From positions 5,712 to 69,711 of the forward strand of contig JABDBM010000006.1 of NCBI GenBank assembly GCA_013288685.1: 64,000 nt of DNA, in the 5' to 3' direction. Made by a program: the position numbers and the translations under genes. Source of the stretch: Bacteroidota bacterium (GTDB taxonomy: Bacteria; Bacteroidota; Bacteroidia; Sphingobacteriales; Sphingobacteriaceae). Below the pieces are notes generated by a model. The model had not been told where the DNA came from and did not search any database. It saw only the letters and a list, made by a program, of their open reading frames with translations. Position 1 is the stretch's first letter. Every line of letters begins with the position of its first letter. Below, piece after piece: positions 57,120 to 64,000 of this stretch.

Positions 57120-60100
57120 ATGGGAAACAAGAATGAGGTTAGGACTGCCGCGAATGTGCAAAAAAGGGGAAATGCTACCTCCCCAGCTAAAGGTCAGCCT
57201 GATTTGACCCCGCAACGTCAAACGGAAAACAATAAAATCGTCCCGAACAAGGGGAGAAATTGGCTGTTAGTTATGGCAATTTCATTATTTATAATAAGTT
57301 GCTTTCTGCTATTTGCGCCGCCGGCTGGTAAAACTGAACAGTCAGATACAGGTATTGCAACAAATGAAACGAAAGACCCTATTAGCAGGCTGTTAGAACT
57401 TGGGCACGTGCAAAATAACCAGGTTTTATCTAACAATCCTTTTTTAGATGTAGATCCTTTCATAAGCAATCCTAAGAATGGTGTTTTTAGCTATTATTCT
57501 GGCGGAGGCACCTCGGATATCGGTTTGACAAGAGATAATGATAATAAACTTGTTTTAAAAACACCCGGAAGCATCTCAATTTTAGCAGGCAAACTCTCGA
57601 TCCCCGATAGCCTGAAAAATCATAAATTAGGCAACAAAGCCATTAATTCTCTTGCGCATATCATATACCCTGATTTCCCGGATAAAATTCAAGATGAATC
57701 ACTTGATTTGAATACTTCGGTTGCCAAAATTGTTTACGACATAATAGATAAGGCCAATGCAATCCCCGGTTTTATAGCCGCAACGATTGAAAATGGAAAA
57801 ATTTCAATAAAGCGGCGAGAGGATATAAAAATCGACAAAATCGATTATACAAAATTAAGAGCATCACTTGATGAAATAACTGCACAATTAAACGGCACAT
57901 CGAAAAATAACAAAGAAATTAATGCTTCAAAATTGATTGACGATGCAATTGGTGTTAATCAACCAATCCCTCCGAAAATTGTTCAAGCCAGTTTCGGACA
58001 CGACACACTTTATGTTGACAAAAACCCTTATCCATTTATCAGCAATAAAACTACATTTTTCAAAAATGAATTTGGGATCAGTGAGGAAATTGGCAAGAAC
58101 AATCTAAATAAAATTGCTGCCAAATTGGGAATTAAAGTATATAATGAGCCCGAGCACCCCGATAATCCGCGTAGCGGGGCCGAAATTTTATTCCAATACC
58201 TGCTTCATCAATTACATGACCGCCCTGGCGTTTACTTTATTAATAATAATTGGCTTTTCAGGATTGGCGATACCGCGCGGGATACTTTCTATGGCAAAAT
58301 AACTATTGAACCGATTAGCACGGCAAAAAGTTACATACAACATAATTTAGACGGCAAGAGGACTTCTATTTGGGTTATGATAGACTTTCTTTGTTTTGGG
58401 TTTTCCGTATTATCACTGCTGGCCTGGGTTCGTCAAAGAAATTATAACAACGAAACATCTTTGCGATTTTCATTTCATGAAGGAATTAAAAGATGGCGGA
58501 GAAAACCAAAAAAAGAAGAAAACGATCCGAATAAGGAGCCCGACGACAAATATAAAATCGATTTTTATCAAAAAATCATCAATTCTGAAAACGAGTCGAA
58601 ATTGATAGAACTCCTTGATGAGGAGCGAAAAAAAAGCACGGCCATCCCGAAAATCAGAACAACAAAGGAGATTTTCCACTCCTTTGGTAAAACCAATTAT
58701 AAAAGTGATAAAGAAAAAATAGATATACTACTGGGGATTTTGGAAGAGGAGCGTAAGTACAATAAAGCCATCCCCGAAATTAATGACTTAGACACCGTCT
58801 TTTCGGGGTTGGAGGAGATAAAGACTTGTGCCGGAGAGGAAAAGTTAGGCAAACTTATAACGTTTTACGACGAAAAAGTAGAAACAAAAAAAAGTTCTGG
58901 TTCGCTTGGGGAAACCTTGAAAAGCATAAAAGACCAGGAATCACAAAAAGGGCGGGATGAAATAAGAAAAATTAAGACCCTGCTTAATGATGCGATAAAT
59001 GACGAACCTGACAAGGTATTTGATTACCTGTTAAGTGAAGTGAAAAAAATTGAGGAAAACCAGGACATTGAAAAAGTTATTGAATTCGCAAGTCGTTTTA
59101 GAAGCGGGCAAAACAGTGGTCTAAATGATAAGATATTGTTAGATAATTACAAAAATCTCCGGGGCGAAGAGGAAAATGCTAAAAAATACTTGGAAAAGCT
59201 AAACGCGATTGCAAGGCTATTTGTTGCTGAAATAAAACCAGATGAGATTGATAACTATTTATCCGATCTACTAAATAATATTGATAAGGAGAAAGAAAAA
59301 GAAAAAATAAAATTTGCGATTAGTTTTTCGGCTTTGTTTAAAAATAAGAAGGGGCAAACATTGGATGGAGCATGGTTAACTACCCAATATGATAACCTTA
59401 GAAAAGACAAAGCATCTTTTAAAGAAAAAGCCGAAAGTTATGAAAAGAATTTCGATGCAATTGGTAGTTTGTTTGTTGCCGATTTAAAACCCGAAGACGT
59501 TTACAGTCACTTGGTGACGCAGCTAAATAACATTGGCAGCGGGAATGAAAAGGAGCAGATAAAATTCTCGGTTAATTTTACTGCGTCTTTTAAAAATAAA
59601 CAGGGAAAAAGGATTGATGGGCAGCAATTATCTATTTATTACAATAAGCTTGAGGGAGATAAGACGGAATTTGAAAATAAATTAAAGGCTCTTGGGGGTG
59701 ATCTTAATAAAATAGGCAGCTTGTTTGTTAATGCTGTAAGTCCCGAAAATATTTATAGCAGTTTAGAGGCTCAATTGAGTAATATCGGAAAAGGTGATCA
59801 AAACACAAAACTAATATCTGCTATTGAACTCGCAGCCTTTTTCAAAAACTCATCGGGGAAACAAGTAGATAAAACGGAATTGCTGGGCTATTATAAACGG
59901 CTTGATTTTGAACGTTCAGACTTTGGTGCACAGGCAAGTAAATACCAGGCTTCTCTTGATAACATCGGCACCTTGTTTAGCGAAAATGTGCAAGCTGATG
60001 AGGTATATGAACATTTACGAAGAAAAATTACTAAAGTAGAGGATGATCAGCAAGTAGATAATGTTATTGAATTAGCTGCTGCGTTTGATAGTAAGCGGGG

Positions 60101-60917
60101 AAAGCCTTTAGATGTGTTAAAACTATGGGATGATTCCCATAAAGTTAATGTTGCTATTGGGGAATATTTAACAAATATCCAGAAAACAAGGTTTTTTGCT
60201 AATCCAGCTGATGGTTCCATAAAACCCAATTTGCTTGATAAAATGGCGATGTTGTTCCTGTCACTCAACCTGGGGCAGCAACTGGTAAAAATCAGAGAGC
60301 CTGAAATAGTTAATTTTCAGCGAGAAATTTTGAATGAGGATACCAATGAATTGCCAATGGCTTATTTCACCAACTACATCGTTAAAACGGCGCAGAATGG
60401 GTGGCAAAATCCGCAGGTAATTAACGAACTGAATGTTTTAATAAAGGATTATAACGAAAAAATAGGTGCGGGTTTATTCCCGGCAACCAATAACATCCAT
60501 CTCGAGTCGTTACGTTTGCTTGCTCAAAAAATTGGGCGGCTTGACAGAACCGAGGATTTTTTCGGGCGAATGAATAAATATTTTATCTCGGACTTTGTTG
60601 CAAAAATTAATAATTTAAGATTTGGACGGTATGATCTGGACGATGCTGATTTCGCCTGGTTGTACGAGAACCTGTTTAATATTACTTTCCATACCGTTGA
60701 CTATGCTGAATTTTTCTTAAACGGCGGTGAGCCTGGTCAATATGAGAACTATACGTTCTTATTAAACAACCTTGATATCAGCAGCACCCCGCACAGCCAA
60801 TTTGTAGAAAACAGTATGTCGCAGTCAAGCAATCTTTCAAATATAGTTGCTAAAGGGGCGCGTACTGGCGTAACAAATTTAAAATTGATATTGGATAGAT
60901 TTTTCATTAAACCTTAA
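57120..60917 (+). CDS. Large two-TM membrane protein with cytoplasmic 84-aa helical tandem repeats
   Basis: TM segments WLLVMAISLFIISCFLLF and IWVMIDFLCFGFSVLSLLAW; repeats with a 252-bp period (units in register at 59211, 59463, 59715, 59967). Confidence 0.75.
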   Translation: MGNKNEVRTAANVQKRGNATSPAKGQPDLTPQRQTENNKIVPNKGRNWLLVMAISLFIISCFLLFAPPAGKTEQSDTGIATNETKDPISRLLELGHVQNNQVLSNNPFLDVDPFISNPKNGVFSYYSGGGTSDIGLTRDNDNKLVLKTPGSISILAGKLSIPDSLKNHKLGNKAINSLAHIIYPDFPDKIQDESLDLNTSVAKIVYDIIDKANAIPGFIAATIENGKISIKRREDIKIDKIDYTKLRASLDEITAQLNGTSKNNKEINASKLIDDAIGVNQPIPPKIVQASFGHDTLYVDKNPYPFISNKTTFFKNEFGISEEIGKNNLNKIAAKLGIKVYNEPEHPDNPRSGAEILFQYLLHQLHDRPGVYFINNNWLFRIGDTARDTFYGKITIEPISTAKSYIQHNLDGKRTSIWVMIDFLCFGFSVLSLLAWVRQRNYNNETSLRFSFHEGIKRWRRKPKKEENDPNKEPDDKYKIDFYQKIINSENESKLIELLDEERKKSTAIPKIRTTKEIFHSFGKTNYKSDKEKIDILLGILEEERKYNKAIPEINDLDTVFSGLEEIKTCAGEEKLGKLITFYDEKVETKKSSGSLGETLKSIKDQESQKGRDEIRKIKTLLNDAINDEPDKVFDYLLSEVKKIEENQDIEKVIEFASRFRSGQNSGLNDKILLDNYKNLRGEEENAKKYLEKLNAIARLFVAEIKPDEIDNYLSDLLNNIDKEKEKEKIKFAISFSALFKNKKGQTLDGAWLTTQYDNLRKDKASFKEKAESYEKNFDAIGSLFVADLKPEDVYSHLVTQLNNIGSGNEKEQIKFSVNFTASFKNKQGKRIDGQQLSIYYNKLEGDKTEFENKLKALGGDLNKIGSLFVNAVSPENIYSSLEAQLSNIGKGDQNTKLISAIELAAFFKNSSGKQVDKTELLGYYKRLDFERSDFGAQASKYQASLDNIGTLFSENVQADEVYEHLRRKITKVEDDQQVDNVIELAAAFDSKRGKPLDVLKLWDDSHKVNVAIGEYLTNIQKTRFFANPADGSIKPNLLDKMAMLFLSLNLGQQLVKIREPEIVNFQREILNEDTNELPMAYFTNYIVKTAQNGWQNPQVINELNVLIKDYNEKIGAGLFPATNNIHLESLRLLAQKIGRLDRTEDFFGRMNKYFISDFVAKINNLRFGRYDLDDADFAWLYENLFNITFHTVDYAEFFLNGGEPGQYENYTFLLNNLDISSTPHSQFVENSMSQSSNLSNIVAKGARTGVTNLKLILDRFFIKP

Positions 60918-60921
60918 ATAA

Positions 60922-63900
60922 ATGTTTGTTCCTCAAATCCTATACCTTTTAACTGCCGGAATAGCAGGATTAGTGGCTTTGGCCTGGTTAAATTACAAAA
61001 ACGCAGATAAGGTGAACCAATTTAACCGTTGGAAATTTATAGTTTATTTTGCCTTTTTATCAGTTTTGGCTTTGTTTACGGCCAGGAGTTATATTTATCC
61101 TAACCAGGATATTTTTAGCAATACTAAATATCACGAGCTGCAACATCTAGGATTTGAGTTTGAAAAACAGCTCTATCTGGTGCGATCAGATAGCACCAAT
61201 CAGGCTTTATGGGATGATAAATCGGGACAGGTTGCCCTGGAGTCTTCCCCAAGTAATGGTATCAGCCTGAATATCACCAAATATTACGAACCATTTTATG
61301 TAAGTAACAAACGCAAGGATAAACCAACCAATTGGCTTACAAGAAAAATAGATGAATTTTTCCACAAAGATGACGATTCATATATCCTGAAAAATAATAT
61401 TATCGATCAAGACGTTACCGCTGGGTTTACGATAGAAGAAAGCGGAACAGAATTGTTTAAGTTAGCAATAGTTAACCTGAACGATAATAACAAGGAGCAT
61501 AGCCTGTATATAAGCACCGTTAATGGCATTAAGGATACAAGTGCATTTACGCAGCCAATAAATGCCGGGTATCCTTTAATGGATATATTGCTCAAAACCC
61601 CGCATATCTCTTTGCCTGATGATTTAAAATTACTGCTTAACGGTGCGTTACTAGTACGGCAGCAAATACGGGATAATCAAAATAGCAACCGCAGTCCGTT
61701 ACGTCTGTTCCCCGGCGGTTTGTTTTACGCGCGCACAGGCGTAACAGTTAATCACGCAGGCAACTACAATCCTGATCAGTTGTTCAATATAACGTTAACA
61801 AAGGGTTTGAAATTTTTTTCAGGCATAGGGTTATCGAAATCCGACGTAATGACGGTTGATTTGCCTAACGATAAAAAAGTGCGTCTATTATATGAACTGC
61901 CCAAAATGCATAACCTGCGTGATGACGAAAAAGATAAAGTGCAAGATAATCGTCTGTTCATCACTTCTTCCGCTGCTTACCTTGAAAATACCGAGTTGAA
62001 AGGAGGCTATCTGTTTAATATTTTCGAAAGTGAAAATAATATAAACCATATTAATGCTACAGTTCGTTACAAAGCAGGCAGTCCGGCCGACTCGTTGTTT
62101 TTTAAGATAAAAGATTTAAACTACTTAAATAGCAAAAACAATAGCCAACCCTACCCGGCTGATTCAGTGATCCACCTACAAACTAAAAATATAGGCAGTC
62201 AATTACAATGGCTATTCCGGTTTCGAAATATGCGCGAAACAAACCCCCTGAATTTACGTCATTTTGAATGGTTTATAGGTTTGTTTTTTGCGCTGATGTG
62301 CACACGGGTGGCTGTTGATACGCTAAAATTCCGGTTATCGCGGCGCGGTTTGTTTTATAACTTAAAAGAAGATTACGAAAATAGGGGCACTGCCACGCTG
62401 CCGCTAATTGAGCTTTCAATTTATATAGTTGTTTTTTGCTTTTCATTTGTCAGGTTGATTTTGGCTTGGCGTATGAGCACCTTTCCTCCTACCGAAGGCA
62501 TGGGCTTTAACACCTTCAGCTTGTTAACTGATGGCGAAAGTGTTTATTGGGTAACGCTATGGTCTACAATAGCGCCAGTTATTCTAATTGTATTGTTCAG
62601 GCTTTACTATAATCATCACGAACACCGGTTGAGAAAAGCGCCCGGAGTAAAGTATCGTTATCACTATTGGGTTGTGTTATCATATTTAACGCTTCTCTTA
62701 TTTATGCTGGGTTTGGCCCGTCTGCATTTTCCTGAACGCTTAACCAACATCGTTCTACCTGTATTGCTGTATATTATTGCCACCTCGTTGATTAAAGCCG
62801 AAGGGATACCTGGCAAAACGCGGACTCCGATAATGGATTGGATTCATAGTTTTGTGTTTGAGAATTATGCAAAAATATTGCTTTGGATAACTGCGTTTGT
62901 GTATTTGATGATTAAAGACAGTGGCTTTGGGGCAATTTTTGGCCTTTGCAGTTTAATTCATTATTTTTTTGGCTCGGCCGTCAACAAACAATCAAAAAAC
63001 TATGGATGGATAATGCTTCTGGGTATAATTATTATATTTTTTTTATTGAAATATGAAAGTGTGCTATTAATATCCGTGTTTGAACATACAATGATGTACA
63101 TCGTTGGGGCAGCTATTATTTTAGCCTTATTCACCCTCTTGATTAAAACAAACCAGTATTGGTTGAAAATAGTCCGAAATATCTTTGCTTCGTTAGCAGG
63201 CATCGTGGTCATTGTGGTGTGCTATATTACTTTTTTGGGCCAGGCGGTTAAAAATTTCGACAACGGCAAACTTTATTTAAAATACCGGGCCGAGATTCAA
63301 CAGCCCGATATCAAAATACAATCGTTGGTTAAGGGAGTGGATTATCAATCATCTGATTTGGATTTTATTCTGCGCTCTGCACATAACCAGTGGTTTATAA
63401 ATCAATATAGTAATATTCCTCACACAAAATATTTCGATCTGCAACCACATTTTGATTTTGGCAGCTCATACCCCACCCAAACGATGGATTTGGTAATAAC
63501 AAGATATATTATTGCCGAGCATACGCCGCTGATCGTATTTTTTTTATTAATTATGTTGTTAATATTGGTTTTAACATATTTTTTAAAAATCGACATCAAA
63601 ACGGAGTCATTTAATTTTTCGACGTTGGGGGGGCTTATTCTCATTTTTTCGATCGCTTTTTTCGTTGCGCTTTCGGCAACCAATCGTATTGTCTTTTTCG
63701 GTCAGGATTTTCCGTTTCTTAGCCTCCTTAGTAAAATTGCAGTGGGTTTCCCTGTAGCCGTCTTTTCGCTGGTAATTTTAAATAGCTGGATACAAGGAAA
63801 CAAGGCGGCCCAATCCGGTAATTCCCGTAAAATAAAGCTGGGGCTGGTTTTGGTAACATTTCTAATGTGCGTTGCGTGTTTTGCGTGGCTGCCTTCCACC

Positions 63901-64000
63901 AGGGCTAACGTTAAGACCAATGTTTTTAAATTAGATTCTCTTCTGAATAAAACTGTTGCAAAGGTAGATTCAATAAACAATGATTTTAGCGCCTATCAGT
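60922..64000 (+). CDS. Polytopic membrane protein with a divergent SEDS (FtsW/RodA) domain; more than 1026 aa, runs off the window, not in the ORF track
   Basis: ATG 4 bp after the upstream stop; translated by hand with no stop up to 64000. SEDS-like motifs YLMIKDSGFGAIF (cf. QPDLGT), PTQTMDLVITRYIIAEH (cf. PEAHTDFIFA.IAEE) and ATNRIVFFGQDFPFLS (cf. P.TG..LPF.S), followed by a further TM helix and a soluble segment. Confidence 0.75.
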   Translation, partial: MFVPQILYLLTAGIAGLVALAWLNYKNADKVNQFNRWKFIVYFAFLSVLALFTARSYIYPNQDIFSNTKYHELQHLGFEFEKQLYLVRSDSTNQALWDDKSGQVALESSPSNGISLNITKYYEPFYVSNKRKDKPTNWLTRKIDEFFHKDDDSYILKNNIIDQDVTAGFTIEESGTELFKLAIVNLNDNNKEHSLYISTVNGIKDTSAFTQPINAGYPLMDILLKTPHISLPDDLKLLLNGALLVRQQIRDNQNSNRSPLRLFPGGLFYARTGVTVNHAGNYNPDQLFNITLTKGLKFFSGIGLSKSDVMTVDLPNDKKVRLLYELPKMHNLRDDEKDKVQDNRLFITSSAAYLENTELKGGYLFNIFESENNINHINATVRYKAGSPADSLFFKIKDLNYLNSKNNSQPYPADSVIHLQTKNIGSQLQWLFRFRNMRETNPLNLRHFEWFIGLFFALMCTRVAVDTLKFRLSRRGLFYNLKEDYENRGTATLPLIELSIYIVVFCFSFVRLILAWRMSTFPPTEGMGFNTFSLLTDGESVYWVTLWSTIAPVILIVLFRLYYNHHEHRLRKAPGVKYRYHYWVVLSYLTLLLFMLGLARLHFPERLTNIVLPVLLYIIATSLIKAEGIPGKTRTPIMDWIHSFVFENYAKILLWITAFVYLMIKDSGFGAIFGLCSLIHYFFGSAVNKQSKNYGWIMLLGIIIIFFLLKYESVLLISVFEHTMMYIVGAAIILALFTLLIKTNQYWLKIVRNIFASLAGIVVIVVCYITFLGQAVKNFDNGKLYLKYRAEIQQPDIKIQSLVKGVDYQSSDLDFILRSAHNQWFINQYSNIPHTKYFDLQPHFDFGSSYPTQTMDLVITRYIIAEHTPLIVFFLLIMLLILVLTYFLKIDIKTESFNFSTLGGLILIFSIAFFVALSATNRIVFFGQDFPFLSLLSKIAVGFPVAVFSLVILNSWIQGNKAAQSGNSRKIKLGLVLVTFLMCVACFAWLPSTRANVKTNVFKLDSLLNKTVAKVDSINNDFSAYQ

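Larger units (their letters stand above)
49224..64000. mobile_element. Genomic island / degenerate ICE starting at tRNA-Phe and extending beyond the window
   Basis: tRNA anchor, visibly AT-richer sequence, tandem ttttggcgcag repeat, ardC remnant, loss of the core intergenic repeat families, and large unknown genes. No integrase is seen in the window. Confidence 0.65.

Noticed and set aside
61407-63980. Five short minus-strand ORFs listed in the track
   Set aside because: They are antisense to the continuous plus-strand ORF starting at 60922.

Overview
Bacteroidota (Sphingobacteriaceae/Mucilaginibacter-like) chromosomal window, judged from the SusC/SusD pair, T9SS cargo, TAnnTTTG promoters and Bacteroidota-type PurF. 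(1) 0.6-16.6 kb is a minus-strand surface-protein locus. It has a LytS/LytTR two-component system upstream of five signal-peptide genes: two Cys-rich proteins sharing an 8-Cys C-terminal domain, a P-domain/lysyl-oxidase protein with intact Cu-His and LTQ residues, an outer-membrane beta-barrel and an Fn3-like protein. An OmpA/PorE-like protein follows. (2) 16.8-49 kb is mostly housekeeping and transport: exbD, susC/susD, lpxR, arfB, cmk, dCMP deaminase, MFS sugar permeases, purF, cysteine synthase, xdhC/modE, ECF42-like sigma + YciI, ABC permease and Fe-S oxidoreductase. It has many REP-like and inverted short-tandem intergenic repeats, a ModE box and a probable ADP-ribosyltransferase toxin-antitoxin pair. 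(3) After tRNA-Phe (49151) an AT-richer island begins, with two hairpins resembling single-stranded-DNA promoters and a frameshifted ardC. It then carries a large operon: VWA membrane protein, actin/Hsp70-fold ATPase, 84-aa-repeat membrane protein, and an ORF missed by the track (60922 to beyond 64000) with a divergent SEDS (FtsW/RodA) domain. The lysyl-oxidase operon and the island VWA-actin-SEDS operon are the best candidates for undescribed systems. All calls come from reading motifs by eye; no database searches were run.
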